Source: Octopus bimaculoides
Taxonomy: Eukaryota
Length of the DNA: 64,000 nt
Direction of reading: 5' to 3'
Assembly: GCF_001194135.2 (NCBI RefSeq)
Contig: NC_068981.1
Location: forward strand, 35,797,757 to 35,861,756
The first letter of the stretch is position 1; each line of letters opens with the position of its first letter. The translations under genes and the position numbers were made by a program. Shown piece after piece: positions 38,577-53,540 of the stretch. The notes beneath the pieces are model-generated. The model saw only the letters and a list, made by a program, of their open reading frames with translations. It ran no database searches and was not told the DNA's origin.

Positions 38577-39639
38577 ATTATGTATACATGCTAGTAAATA
38601 ATGTATAGCATAGAAAATGATGTAGCAAATTAATAGAAATTGCTTGTAGTTGAAGTAGACATAGAAAAATTGTTATTAAATAGGTTAGTTCTGAGAAAAT
38701 CTAGTTTCTATGATGAAATGACATGGATCGAAGCCACTTCCAAAATTGTAATATTGCAGAGCTATCCAATGCATGTTTAAATGATGATATAGTGATAATT
38801 ATGGTCACACTTTGGACAGAGACCATGCTGATAGCTTATATGGTATATCTGTTTCATAAATGAAAAGTGGACAATAAAGCTAACAAATTCATTGAGAGAA
38901 AGATGAAGTAAGGTTTGTTGGATGTGCAATATGAAATTGAATGACAGAACTGAGTGCAAATAAGATAATGAAGTGAACATATCACAGAGGTGGTTGGCAT
39001 GTGCAACAGAGATAAATAACCTCATTGATATAGAGATGTAAGGTGATGTGTTTAGATGGAGAATCTTGAAAACTTGTAGTAAATGATGGGTTTGTCAGAG
39101 GTGAAACTAAGGAATAAGTTAAGCATTGATAGTTAGATCAGTCCTGTGAAAGTTGGGCCTCATAGAAGAATTAATGAAATATTGGAACAAAGGGAAGATA
39201 TTATTAGTGAGACTGAGCTGAAAATGATTATCAGTTCCATGATGATGGGTTTGTGCAAACACTTTGAAGTAGAGCAGAGCACATGATTGTTAAGAATATT
39301 ATCCATCTTACAAATCAATTAAAAGATAATGTAAAAAGAAAAAAATAACATTTAAAATATGAAATATGAATTGATTTGTTTTTGTGTGTCAAGCATATGA
39401 AGGATTTCGTGTATGCCACCAGCATTTTAGTTACATACTATCAGTTTCTGAATTATACCAAGTTTCAACCTACCATATGCATCTGATGTTTCCTGTAAAG
39501 AGTGAAGGGGCTCTCCAACATATGATAATCTTAATCCTGGATCTACCTCTGTACACAGACAGACAGACACACACACACACACACACACACAATATGTAGA
39601 AGAGTAGATCCAGGATATATCTATATTATATAAATATAT

Positions 39640-39865
39640 GTGTTTGTCTGTGGTTGTTAGGTGGCTTTGTTTGTCCTCCACCACAGTTTGACAGTTGGTC
39701 TTGGTTTGTTTACATCCCCCATTATTTAGCATTTTGGCAAAAAAGACACCGATAGAATAAGTGTCAGGCATAACAAAATTAGTAATGGGGTATTCAGCTG
39801 AACCCTTCAAGGATGTGCCCCAGCAAGGCTACAGAATGATTACTTAAAGAAATAAAAGATAAAAT
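39640..39865 (+). mobile_element. SINE 3' half with CR1-type tail
   Basis: ttgacagttggtcttggtttgtttacatcccc...gcaaaaaagacaccgatagaataag...ttcaaggatgtgccccagcaaggctacag...aaataaaagataaaa. Confidence 0.75.
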
Positions 39866-39918
39866 ATATATATATATATCATCTTTGTTTAACATCTGCC
39901 TGCCATACTGGCATGAGT

Positions 39919-39991
<73 letters not shown>

Positions 39992-40039
39992 ATGCATATA
40001 TGTGTATGTGAGTATATATATATGTGTGTGTGTGTGTGT

Positions 40040-40295
40040 GTGCACCACATGGTTCTAGTTTCAGTCCCACTGCACCTTGAGGAAGTGTCTTCTACTATAG
40101 CTCTATAGTCCTGGGCTGACCAAAGCCTTGTGAGTGGACTCAATAGAAAGAAACTGAAAGAATCCCTTTATATATATATATATATACAAATATATAGGAA
40201 TACATCTGTGTGTGTTTGTCACCCACCACTGCCTGACAACTTGAGTTGGTTTGTTTACATTCCTGTAACAGCGTTTTGGCAAAGAGAGACCAATA
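40040..40295 (+). mobile_element. SINE (head, microsatellite, start of CR1-type body), 3' truncated
   Basis: caccacatggttctagtttcagtcccactgc...aagtgtcttctactatagc...gaccaaagccttgtgagtgga...gaaactgaaagaa, TA/TG repeat, then gacaac...tttgtttacattcctgtaac...ggcaaagagagacc. Confidence 0.75.
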
Positions 40296-41021
40296 TCATT
40301 ATCATCATCATTATCATAATCTAATATCCGTTTTCCTGTCTGTCTGTCTGCTGTCTGTCTGTTTGTCTATCTATCTATCTATCTATCTATACATACATAC
40401 ATACATACATACATATGTGAATGTGTATCTGTCTGCCTGTCTGTCTACCTATCAGCTTGCTTTGTATGTATGTATATATGTATGTATGTATTTGTAATAG
40501 AATGAACAGATTTGTCTATGTTATATTTTATATCTTTTATTTTATAGAAAATATCCCTATTTGTCCTCTGGCACAGTGTGAACGCTCTTCCATAATAGAA
40601 AGGTGGGAAATGGGTGGGTGTTGTAAAGAGTTTGTTTTATTGCCTAAAGGTCAGCAGAAATACTGATTTCTGGATATAAGTATATTGATTTTAGCATAAT
40701 GATATTGATACATAGATTTAGCGTTATCGATTCAGTTTGATATGGATATATTGATTTCTGATATATATATATATATATATATGTGCATGTATGTATACAT
40801 ACATATGCCAATATTGATATATTCATATTGAACTGCTAGTTGAGATTACATGTATACATTATACACATAGCATACATGCACATATACATGCATATGGCAA
40901 TAGACCTACCCCAGGTACACATATATATTTAGACACACATATTTTTATACATAAACACCTACATACTCTTCCCTATACACCTACCTATACACACCATACA
41001 TACTCTTACCTATATCTATTG

Positions 41022-41071
<50 letters not shown>

Positions 41072-41512
41072 TAACTCATATATAATTATTTAATTATGTT
41101 ATGTATTGATTAGAAGATACTGAATGGAGAGATCGAAATAGCTCTAATCTGTTGATAGAGATTAACTGGTATAGTGAGCTCTATTGATATAAGTATAATG
41201 CTATCTGGGTGATGATATATTGATCTTCTCTAATCAATATGGTTATATTAAACCAAATGAATGATCTATTGTTAAAGATACGCTTACATACAAGTGTATA
41301 TTTGCTTTGTATGTATTATGTATGTGTGTATGTTTATNNNNNNNNNNNNNNNNNNNNNNNNNNNNNNNNNNNNNNNNNNNNNNNNNNNNNNNNNNNNNNN
41401 NNNNNNNNNNNNNNNNNNNNNNATATATGTATGTATATATATGTATATACATACACATACATATATGCATATATTCATAAATACATACACACATATATAT
41501 ATTTTTTATGTG

Positions 41513-41554
<42 letters not shown>

Positions 41555-42404
41555 GAGAGTTTGTCTATGTGTTGATAGATATTTACATCAACATCATTTT
41601 ATGTTTGCTTTCAGTTCTGGTAGGCACTGCACAGACCCTCACAGAGTTAGCATTTATCATGAATTAATGTTTACTTGGATGTTTTGGAGGACCTCATCTC
41701 ATTCATATTTCATTTTTGGCTTGGTTTCTATGACTGGGTGCCCTTTTCTAGCATCTAAATCTCTATAGAATGTACTAGGTATTTTCTTTCATGGCATTAC
41801 CACAAGAGAGGTAGCCATGTTCTCAACATAACTAAAGGGACTTAACCACTCCACATCTTTGCTTATTTACCAGCCTCTTTACAAAGTAAAAAGAATAAGT
41901 AATAGTGGCATAAAAGAATAAAGGCCTAAATAATTGGGATGAGAGGAATGTGTGGTAGGGGATGACTGATATGAGCACATAGTATACTCAAGGCAATGTG
42001 ACCAGGATGGCTTGGTGATGTGGAGACTGTGTATAACAGAGACCTAAGATATATGGAGAAAAGTGAATGTGTACAATGGCACACAAAATGAAAGAGTGTA
42101 GTCACCTCTATGTAGGCTTTGAGATGGGACAGAGAGTTCAAGTGATGAGAGTAGTGGGAGGGGGGTGGAAAGTAGGTGGGTCTTGTATTAGTGAACAAAC
42201 AATATATATAGTAGAACCTCGGTTTTCAAACAACTCTGATCACAAATAAAGAAAGGTAACTGACTTCAGCCATTATAGTTTGGCACTCGTATTGTAGTCA
42301 AAGAGTAAAGAATTAGATCAGATAACATGAGAAATTTTGCCTGATGCTTGAACATTTCTATCAATCCACCATCCTGAAGTGCTATTTTTTTATATTGATA
42401 CAAA

Positions 42405-42510
42405 AAAGAGGCAAGTTCACTATGGCAGGATTTGAACTCAGAGCATAGTTAGTCAGAGAAAATACCACCAAGTATGCTATCCAATGCTCTAATGATTTTG
42501 ACAATTTGTC
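42405..42510 (-). mobile_element. OR-type SINE head fragment
   Basis: Reverse complement resembles 772-900 (ggcaagttcactatggcaggatttgaactcagagc...atgctctaatgattttg). Confidence 0.6.
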
Positions 42511-44261
42511 TAAAATACCATGTAAAAAAAGAAGGAAAAAACTCCCCACAAAAGTCATGACATACACCACAGCAAACATTTGTAGATCTCACTGCTGCTA
42601 TGAGTATCACATGATAAAAGGTTGCAACAAGTGGCAAGACATTGCATTGGCACATACCTATGTAAACTAATGCCAGCATAGAGGTACGTACATAAAATGG
42701 TTTTATATATATATATATATATATATAATGAAAAGCTACATAAGAAAATTTTATATATTGTATAATATTCTTATCTCATGTATATACCTCTACAGAATTT
42801 CTGTATATGCAATATTTTCTGAAAAAGTCTATTTTCTCATTTTTAGTTTTTGCTTCATTGCTAAGTCCACTTGACACTATGTCAAATCCAATTTTGTCTC
42901 TATCAGAGGCTACTTACACAACTGCCACGTAACTTGTGGTATACCTTGTAAAAAGCTTCCCATTACTGACATTTCAAATTGTTTCCTTTGTTTCTTGTAT
43001 CAAAATATTATTTATATTTAAAAACAGCACCTACATATTAAAAAAATATATATCCAAGAAATTTGCAGGTCATGTTACCCTTGTATGTCAAATTTTGTTG
43101 TTGTACACCATTTTCTCCAGCATTGCATTAGAAACAAATGTGCACTGATATAATTTACATTAAGATACTTTCAACTTTATGGGCACTAAAAAATTCATGG
43201 CATAACTCTCCTTAAAAAGTCCTGGACTTGTGTTGTCAGTTATTGACTGTGGCTGTACTAACATCTGGAAACAGGCACAAACCAAAGCAACAACAATATT
43301 TTTTTCTCTATTTCAATAAATACTAATGGAATTGCTAGCAAAATGTTCACCAAAACCAATCTTGTTCTAAATTTCAAAAGCTGTTATTAAATATTATACA
43401 CCTTGGTGAGATAGAAACCACATCTTTTGAAACCATTAATACATACAAATGCATTTTCTACACTGGGCCAGTTGATCTTATGATCTATTGGTTCATTATC
43501 TGTGTTATGTTGGTTCATTATCACTGCCAAGGTTATTATCTTTTAAACTCCAGACATATCTAAACAGTAAAGTAGTAAGGCCTTCTTCCTGATTTACACA
43601 TGTGTTCTGAAAGTATTTTTGAATACAAGTTTCAATGAGCTATACATAGCTTTTGTTTTACTGTCACCTGTAAGGTGACTTCAGTTCAATAAGCTAGTGT
43701 TTTTAGGAGACATATACTGATGACATGGCAGGCACTACAGTTGTAATTATATTGTCTTGCATGTTTGTATTGAAAATGTTTCTTTTATTTACACTGTCTA
43801 TGGAATCAGCAAAGTTTTTTTGGTGCAGCTGTAGCTAATCTTAATGCTGTTTTTATTAAAGATCTTACAAAATCTATTTCCTGTGGGGAAATGCTTATTT
43901 ATAAGGTTAGGAAAAATTTTAGCAACACCAGAACAAACATTTAAACTACAGGGAGGAGATAATTATAAATATTAGTGATGTTCTGCATGTAATGTATTCT
44001 GTTTGAAGTTAGTCTTTTAGTGTGTAATTGTATACTAATTGAGTCATTAAATGATTCTACATCAGGAGATTAGTTGGATATGCATTTACTAACGTTGCTT
44101 ACTTGGATTTTTAAGGTTATTGAAAACATTTTTAATTTATATTAATATACTGCATTTTCTATTAGGTTTACCGTACAGGTAATATTTATAAGTACTTAAA
44201 TCTAACATTATATCTAAGAAATGAGCTTCATCCAGATTTGTATCTACTATGATCTTTTATG

Positions 44262-44495
44262 TGGTGACACATGGCTTAGTGGTTAGGATGTTGAACTCAT
44301 GATCATAAGATTATGGTTTCAATTCCTGGACTAGGTGATACATTGTGTTCTTGAGAGAAACACTTCATTTCATATTGCACCAGTCCACACAGCTGGTAAA
44401 AATGAGAAATTGTGCCATGGACAGGCGTTCTGTTCAGGGAGGAATATATGTATACTAGAGAAACAGGGAAACCAGCCCTATGCTCCTCAATGAAT
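44262..44495 (+). mobile_element. tRNA-derived SINE of a further family
   Basis: atggcttagtggttagg (A-box), ggtttcaattcc (B-box), then ttgtgttcttgagagaaacacttcatttca...ccagtccacacagctgg central domain. Confidence 0.7.
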
Positions 44496-44515
44496 AATGT
44501 GGACTAACCATCCAT

Positions 44516-44732
44516 GATCTTTATATATATCTTTATTTTTTATCTTTTACTTGTTTCAGTCATTGCACTGTGGTCATGCTGGGGCATTGCCTTGAAGGGT
44601 TTAGTTGAACAAATCAACCCCAATACGAATTTTTTAAGCCTGGCATTTTTTCTATCAATCTCTTTTTGTCAGACTGCTAAGTTATGGGGACATAGATAAA
44701 CTGATACTGTTTGTTAAGCAGTGGTGGGGGTG

Positions 44733-44791
<59 letters not shown>

Positions 44792-44945
44792 ACACACAGA
44801 GAGCAGGTTCTTTCAGTTTCCATCTACTAAATTCATTCACAAGACTTTGGTAGGCCTGGTGGGATAGTAGAAGACACTTGCCCAAGGTGCTACATAGTAG
44901 AACTGAACCCAGAACTGTGTGGTTGGGAAGCAAACTTCATAGGCT
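44516..44945 (-). mobile_element. Near full-length SINE: head, (TG)n, body, CR1-type tail
   Basis: Minus strand: gcttcccaaccacacagttctgggttcagttc...gcaccttgggcaagtgtcttctacta; (TG)n 44735-44797; tail gccccagcatgaccacagtgcaatgactgaaacaagtaaaagataaaa. Confidence 0.85.
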
Positions 44946-45805
44946 AAATATATACCAGGACACATTTGTGTTTCTGGAAACTGATTGCATTCATAAACTT
45001 CATGAGCCTAAAATAAGACAAATTTGAATTTACACTGATTCTATTTTAATATATATTCCTTGTTTTTTAACATTTTAGTTAGTCTATATATTAAATTATA
45101 ACACTCTAAGGTGAATTTATGACACTTTACTGATAGCTATATATGCTGATACAGTCTGCAATAGATATTCTATGCATACTTATAATTTGAATCCTGCGAA
45201 GATCCTACCAAATTTTGGCATATGGTTTTGTCATTGTGAGTGTATATAATCTGTGTAGATAGAAATTTGTTTTATATATTCCTAATTGATGATGATTCTG
45301 ATATATGAATACCATCAGTTTTGAGAAACATAATTGTGTCCTGACATAATATATGATTACTTAGTATATGGACCTTGATTTACCTCTGTAATCTAGTTAG
45401 TATATATTGTATTTATTTCACTCTAAATTCAGCTAATAGAGTGCTCTAGTAGATTCCTGCTTTAACTTCCATTCCTGATGTTTTATGAAATAAATGTGTA
45501 CATGTGTATGCACGTGCACATGTACACTCTCACACATGCACGCACACGCATGCGCGCACACACACACGCACACGCGTACACACACACACACACACAATCT
45601 AGATTTTGAATGTAATCTTTCCAGTTGTTTTTTACATTCTAGTGAATACAAACATTTGTTAATGTCCCTTTTCTGCAATTAGTGTCCACGTTTCTATAGA
45701 TTTAACAAAACTATATTGATATAGCTAATGTTTCTGTGTTGATATGAATAGAAATATATTGAAAGTGACACAAGGATATTATTACTAATATTGTTATTGT
45801 TGTTG

Positions 45806-45842
<37 letters not shown>

Positions 45843-46179
45843 GCAAACAGTGACATACATGCACATACACTCACCCATATGAATTTATTTAAACTCTCAT
45901 GTATTATTTGATAAAGCAAATTTGATCTTAGAACAATATCTCTTGTTGGATTTATAAAATTAATGTCTTTAAAATTTGTTTTTCAAGACCCAGTGGAAAA
46001 TTATTGGCATATAATCACTTTTTGAAATTCATCTAAATAATTTTTTGTTCATTCTATCATACACATTTTGTAACAATGCTGCAACATTTTTTTGAAAGAG
46101 AAAATGCAGGAGGCATTATATTGACTTCACTGTATTTTGTCTGGTCTCTAGTTCATCATTCCTGTAAGATACAAACTGC

Positions 46180-46500
46180 AAAGGATGGCACCTTAGGCAA
46201 ATGTCTTTTACTAGGCCAACCCAAACTTTGTGAAAAGATCTGGTTGAAGGAAACTACAAGAAGCCCATTGTGTTTATACATGTGTGCATGTGTACATATC
46301 TGTATCCTTGTTTTGATGAGCAACAATCACTTGCTATCTTCCTTGAAAAGTATGGCTGGCTATGGAGAAATATTACCTTTATTGAGAACAGGTGAGAGTC
46401 AATATCAGAAGGACATCTGCCCATAGAAAATATGTCTCAACAAATTCCATCTGACCCATGCAAGCATAAAAAAGTGGACATTAAAACAATGATGATGACT
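46180..46500 (+). mobile_element. SINE: head, TG-rich linker, RTE-type tail
   Basis: ggcaccttaggcaaatgtc...ccaaactttgtga...gaaggaaactacaagaagccc; tail ggacatctgcccatagaaaa...tgacccatgcaagcataaaaaagtggacattaaaac(aatg/atg)n. Confidence 0.75.
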
Positions 46501-49500
46501 TCCATGTATGTATACACACACACACACATATATATTTTATTATTTCTCTTAGACATAGTGATACTAATAACTTGGTGTTAGAACTCAATATGTATATGCT
46601 TCAGAACAAGTGTCAGTTGAGTAGTATTAGTTGAGCAGGCTGGGTGATCATATTGAGGATCATACATTGGCTTCATTCAGTAGTAGTTGTGGTGAAGATA
46701 CAGTATGTATATTAAAGTATGTGCTGTTTATGTATCCTAATGTAAACTAGATCTTTAATTCTAGTTTGTTGACAATATGCAGGTAAGATTATGCTTCTCT
46801 GTGGAGGCCTAACAAAAGAGAAACTTATTTAGAGTTGTCACCATACTTAGCAAAGATCAGACTTATATTCCTACTCCTTGCACTTATTCAATTTTTTATT
46901 AATTTAGTTTCTGGGGTTGTCTCCCTTGCTCTTCTTGACTAAATTTAACCATTAAGCTAATGACACTTTTCTTCTCACAACAGATGTAATTTGAGTTTGT
47001 TTAACATTTTCTTTTGGTTCATTATATTACTAGCTCCAACTTGGCTGTTTGATTTTTTTAGGCAGAAGTGTTCTTGGAGACTTCTAGTCATTCTTTCCAC
47101 AGATTACCTTCATTGATGGAGGTGATCTATGAAAAAGATAAAATTACTGAAGTCATATATGTTCTTATGATACAAAACAGCTAATCCTAACCCATATATA
47201 GTACATTTTATTCATGGACATATTATTTGGACTTTGCACTGCAAACTTATGGACATGATATATACTTACTTATAAGAGGAAGTAAGCCATTTAAAAGTAA
47301 CTAATTTCTACTTAAAACACAATACAGCTTCTGTGATTGGCTACTTGCATTTTTTCTATGTAGCATCTATTGAGATTCGCTACTGTGACTATGAAGTTGT
47401 TTCTATACATATCAGTTTACATGCAAAATAACAAGCAATGAGAAGTTGCTTGCCCAAGGAGACAATAAAAAAAGAATCTCAAAGAAAAAGTTACTTATTA
47501 AAGATTTGTAAGGGATAGAAATCTGACATGATTATAAAGTACAGTGAAAGTTAACCGATAACCCCTATATTTGTATGGAAAAACACATGAGTATTGGGTA
47601 AATAAGATAGTTAAACAGTAATATGATGTTTGGTGTGAAACTTGGAAGTGGAAAAGTAAAACAAAAGAATGGATTTTCTATAAAAAATAAAAGAAATAGA
47701 GCAATGTGCTAAAGAATTTGGTGAAATAAATGCCATGATGTCGCGATTTCAGAAGTAAAGGAAAGATAATAGTGATTGAAATAAGTTAATTTGCATTAGG
47801 CATGAAATAATTAGATTTACTGAACAAATAATGAAGAATTCTTTTCTGTAAAGTTTCATTGCAAATTACAGAACAGAAAAAAAAAAGAAAGGAAAATTCA
47901 GTGTAAATAGGTGTTTAATAGATTTTATCATGCAAGAATTTTTTTAGATGGAAGAATAGATTCCATGTTGTCTCTTTGTTAAATAATTTAACAGATCTTA
48001 GTAGTGTGTATGCATTTATTTATATTTAACTTGGGAATTAATTTGTTATAGGTGTTGAAGCTGGGTGACAGAATCAATGTAATAAGACAAGAACCAATTG
48101 TAAGACTGCGATGGCAAGCACCATGGAACCATTGATAAGAGATCAGGGAATTTTTGAGTTCTTTATTAACAATTGTATACTGTTTGACTTTGAAATGATT
48201 ATTTTTACCACTGAGACAGACTTAGGAAATCAGCTGCCATATTGACTGTATTTTTGTAGTCCTAGTTTGGCAGATTCTTTTCAATGAACCTTTGTAACAG
48301 ACTTATAAAAGCTTGCCTTGAAAACAAAACATTACAAGAATAGTTCATTCTGTTGCCATTGTTATTTGTTCCTTGAAATTTTCATTGAAATCTTTTATTT
48401 TTTCATTGCAAATATCATTCAGTTGGTGGTAAGATCAGGTATGGAAGGGAGAATGCACATTGTAACAGTGATTAGCAGTTAACAGTGATTATCACAGTGA
48501 GTAGGTGACATATTCATAGTTGAGCAGGTTGTGTAGATTGATAGTGATGTGTGGGTGGTATTTTTAATTTATATTAGTTGGTGTTATTCTTTAAGATGTG
48601 TTTTAACACAATGCAAACACAAATAACCCTCACAAATAGAGTGCTGTGTTTTTCTCATTTCTATCTAATACTACATATACCATGGTTTTGAAAACACATT
48701 ATATATGAATTAATACAAAATCAATCTTATTTCATTTCTTTTATTAGTTATAAGAGAGTTTCCCTTCAAGCAAAAAAAAAAAGAAAAAGAAAAATAAGAT
48801 AAAATGCATTTGCACTTCTTTTGCTTCTTTTCCTTTATAGGGCATTTTCAACAATACCATTCTGCATGTTTTGGCAACCATAAAAGAATTATATCAATAT
48901 AATGACATGTTTATTCTTTCAAATAATCAAACTGAAAAGAGCAATGAAGTTACTTGCAAAAACAAGTACCAAACCCTCATTATAATAGAATGTGTTAGCA
49001 TTCAAAAAGGCATTTAACCATGATAAATGAAAACTGTTCCAATAACATATACAGATGGGAAATTTTGCTGTTTGCCACAGTCAATTCCAGCAGAAAATAA
49101 TGGGTTTTAAAATTTCCCCATCCAAAAAGAAAAAGAACCAACAAAATAAAATCACATAAGTAATTTCTGAATTTACTGGAATTAGTTTGAATAATTGGAG
49201 AAATTTCCTTACAGCATATTTTTACTAACCTCAACCAAGCAATTGAACAATTCTGGAAACTCTCTTACACCATTTTTCTAGTAGGCAGGAACTTAATAAA
49301 GCTGATGCAATTTCTTAGGATTTTAGTATAGCTGATTTAATCTACTGGAACCTGCAGGAATGTGGATTCCATTTATCATAATCTAAACACACTCAGAATG
49401 CTGTACTTGACCATGAAAGTAACTTGGCATTACATTTTAAACACATATTTAATATAAACTGGTGAAATAGATGTAGGTATCTAGTGTTCAAACTTATAAA

Positions 49501-49749
49501 ATACATAGATCTGTTTTATATTCTACTGCTAGTTAAGACTACCTTCTAAAGGTTATGCTAGCTCTTTCTCTGGACTAGAAAATACTGTAGTTTTCAACAG
49601 TTTCTAAACTGCTATAAGGTACATGTGTGCTCTGCATAAAAGTATTACATGTTTTGAGTAAACCAATGCCATATAAGGGAATTTGATAGACGAAAACTGC
49701 AGAAAGTCTGTTTTATATATATAAATATATAAAACACACAAACACACAT

Positions 49750-51050
49750 GGGTTTCTGCCTAGGGAGGAACTGCCTCACATACAACATTATAATTGGATA
49801 CTGAAACAGCAGCTCAACCACTTAAATGTAGATGCGATATATCTTGACTTTGCCAGTCCTATATCGAAGTTGATCAAGGGATAATATGTCACAAACAACA
49901 TGACCTTGGTACCACTGGAAAATTGGGAGAGTGACTGCACAACCTTTTAAAGGACAGAAGTCAGGCAGTTGTAGCCAATAGTGCTCTATCTGGGGAGACA
50001 CCAAACCACAGCAGAGTTCCTCAGGGAACTGAACTGGGACCACTATTGTTTGTAGTGACTCTCTCAGACATGCCCACTGTCATACAGTCAGCCACTCTCA
50101 CCAGCTATGCTGATGTTACAAAAATATCTCAGGTGGTCAAGGACCCTGATGACATAGTAAACTTCAAAATGACCTGCATGCAATATATAAATGCACTGTT
50201 GAAAATAACATGGAGTTCAATGCTGATAAGTTTCAAGCATCCAATATCAGTCCACAAACATACTACACTTGGAATGCAGAGGACCAGGGAGCAGTGCAAT
50301 CCCAGAGTTAGAATCAGTGCATGACCTGGTAATCCACATGAGTTGTGATGCAAGATTCTATGTAAATTTTGCCAGGATGGCAACACTGTGCAGGCGAGTA
50401 GCTGGATGGATCCTTAGATAATTCAGAGTCAGAAATAAGGATAACTTGCTACTCCTATGGAGGTCATTTGTCCTCAGTCATCTGGATTAATGCTCCCAAA
50501 TGTGATAGCTGTTGAGCATCAAATTGGTGGCAGAACTTGAGGCAATCCAGCACCACTACACAAAGAAGATTGACTTGGTGAAACAGATGAGCTACTGGGA
50601 GAGGTTACAAGAACTCTACTCCCTCAACAGAAGGTGAGAAAGATATGCAGTGATATACATATGGAAGATCCTGGAGGTCTAGCTCCCAACTTCAGAATTA
50701 AAAGTTATACCAACCACTGAACTGGATGGCACTACATAATACCACAATGCTATCTTCTTCATCTCAAATAGGGACCCAGTATTGCAAAAGCTTGAGTTTC
50801 AAGGGATCACAACTATCTAACATCCTGCAAAGGAACCTAAGAGATCTGCAAGGTGTAGATGTAGAAATGTTCAAAAGGCACCTGGATGAGCCCACATCAT
50901 GGCAGGAAGCACAAAGAAGAGCAGCTTCATCCAACTTGCTTCTTCACCAAAAACAGTCCCAAACAGTGACCCAAAAACACTGAAAGGTGGTGCTCCAGTA
51001 TGGCCCCAGCCTCTAGCTGAAACCAGTAAAGGAATAAAAGAATAAAGAAT
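49750..51050 (+). mobile_element. 3' ~1.3 kb of a CR1-type LINE (RT domain to tail), decayed
   Basis: GRNCLT..NVDAIYLDFA..VDQGII..LKDRSQAVVAN..VPQGTELGPLLFVVTLSDMP..SYADVTKI (RT motifs); LVAELEAIQHHYTKKI..MSYWERLQELYSL; FKGSQLSNILQRNLRDL; tail ggtgctccagtatggcc...ctgaaaccagtaaaggaataaaagaataaag. Confidence 0.92.
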
Positions 51051-51910
51051 ATATATATGTAATATTTTGGACTAATGCGTATATGTTAATGTGTTGAGTA
51101 GAGTACAGGCATGGTTTGGGCTACATGGCGTCACCCACAGTTGGGGTATATTTCTGTTGGATCTACTTCTGGAATTCTGCAGTGTTAGCTGAGAGACCAT
51201 TTCATGTATGGATTTAGCTGATGTGACTAAGACTGCAAAATGGATGCAACACATGGTGCACAGAATCCCATCCATAAGGGGCAATAGCAGGATTGGTTGA
51301 AATGATCATTGTACAAAATAAAGGCTAATAACAAATCCATCTTCTGGTTACTTAATCAATTATTATCATTACTATATATATCAGTGCGTGTGCGTGCATG
51401 CATATGCACATGTGTATGTATACATATATATTCATTTTTCATTTAATGTTCATTTTCCATGCCAGCATGGGTTAGACTATATATATATATATATACATGC
51501 ATGTGTGTGTTTATTTCTTTTGCATGTTGTTACTACTTGAGCATAGCAAAATGATGCTGATATTAATATTTCTTCTTAAGATTATAACCAATTACTTTGC
51601 ACTTCTGAAGACTTTTGAAATAAAGAAATCTTATATGTGCAAAAAAAGGTAAGGGTTGGTATCAGGAAAGCATCCATAAAATATTACCTCAAATAACTCT
51701 CTATTCAAAGCTATGCTAACAAGAAAAAATCAGTTGTTAATGTAACAGAGTAAGAACAGAATGATTAAAATGGCTCCCTTGAAACGTCTACACATTTTTG
51801 TTATGCTTTATTCGTTCTATTGTCTTCAAGTGTTTTTAGCTAGTTGTTTTTGTGTTACGTGTCCTGCCAGCCAGAGCCAAGCTTTAGAAATAATACAGTA
51901 ACTGCACCAG

Positions 51911-51954
<44 letters not shown>

Positions 51955-51976
51955 GCCGCTGCCACTACCACTACTA
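51911..51976. repeat. (ACT)n microsatellite
   Basis: Seen directly; a second (ACT)n lies at 54772-54829. Confidence 0.95.
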
Positions 51977-52307
51977 CCTCATTCTTGCTGACAAAGTACT
52001 TTAGTGCTAAACTTCCTTTCCATACCTTTCAATTCCTAACAATCATTCGCTGTTTTTCACAAATATGGATTCTTATTTATCAGATGTAATCATCCAATCA
52101 TTGGCTTCACCCATATTTACGTTTAGTTTATTTTCTGTTAACTCATCTTAGTTTCTGTAATTTTTTAAAAATTAAAATTAAAACCATTATTATTATTATT
52201 AACATTATTATTATTATTATTGTTGTTGTTTTTGCTGTTATTGTTGTTGTTAATCCACTCATTTAATGCTGAAAAAATTGGCTCCTTCTCAGCATATATC
52301 ATGTGAC

Positions 52308-52340
<33 letters not shown>

Positions 52341-53502
52341 TATGTATATATTTATAATTATATAGTGCCATTATTGTTGATACAGCATTGGGGTTAATAT
52401 TGAGCAAAAGAACTGTTCTAGCAAAGCCTCAAGGCACTATTGTGTTGAAGACAATGGTTAGAAAGTGGACAGAATTGTCAGATTCAGAGAATATGTTGTG
52501 TGGGTGTGAGGATTTATGTTAGTGATGATGGAAACAGTAAAAAACTTTAAAAAAAATCTTTGGAACAGGTTTTATATATATGTGTGTGTGTGTATGCATG
52601 TGTGTGTGTGTGTATGCGTGTGTGTGTGTATGCGTGTGTGTGTGTATGCACACACATATATATATATATGCAGAGACAGAGAGAGAAAAAAGAGTAAGAG
52701 AGAGTGAGAGAAGGGAAAAATAAAACAAACTTTGAGAAACATGAATGAGAGGAATAATGATTGAAATGGGGAGGGCAAGGATTATGGGATAAAAAGAAAA
52801 CAGAAGGAGAGAATATGAAAAGAGAAAGAGTGAGAGTATGTGTGTATGTGCATGTGTTTGTGAGCATGTGTGTAAGTGTGTGTGTGTACGTGTGTAAGTG
52901 TAAAACCCGAAAAGGCAAACAAAAGAGATAAACAAAATAGGAGAGAGATGTCAGTAGTAAGAAAGCAATACACATTTGAGTGTGCATGAGAGGGAGAAAG
53001 GGAGTGAGGTGAGGAAAAAGGAAAATGGGGTTTATAGAAAAAGATTTAAAAGAAGAAATAAAGAAGAAAATGAACATGTGGAATATTATTAACAAGAAAA
53101 GCCAATTTAAAGAACAAAGAATAAAGACTACATCTTTACATGAAGTTGAAGTGAAAGAAAAGCATATCAAGGGAGCTTGAAATGAAGAAGACTGTCAACC
53201 TAATTTGAAATACATTCTTTTTTGTGAGTTCCTACTGATCTGTCCTTTCCAGTTTGGAGAAAATATTGGAATAAAAGTTAATCAAAAATGACCTGAGACC
53301 AACATAAAATGTGTGAAAGAGAAACAAAACTAATCTGACAATAGGCTGATGTATTTCCAAGACAGAGAAGAGCAGCCAATTAGCTAGCAAGCTTTCTTCA
53401 TTTTGTTCTTTCATCTCCAGCCTTAGAATTGTTCGGTTACTAAGAAAACTTAATTCATTAAAGCTAATGACAATTTGTGCATGCCTGTACTAGAAAGGTT
53501 AT

Positions 53503-53540
<38 letters not shown>

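Noticed and set aside
42918-42995. Minus-strand donor gtaagtag preceded by GIPQVTWQL (Ig C-strand-like)
   Set aside because: An in-frame stop lies just upstream and the only acceptor is weak; no Cys context.
48052-48135. Plus-strand acceptor followed by ...VRLRWQAPWNH* (FN3-like LRWQAP)
   Set aside because: Opposite strand to the Ig exon, stops immediately, no other FN3 residues.
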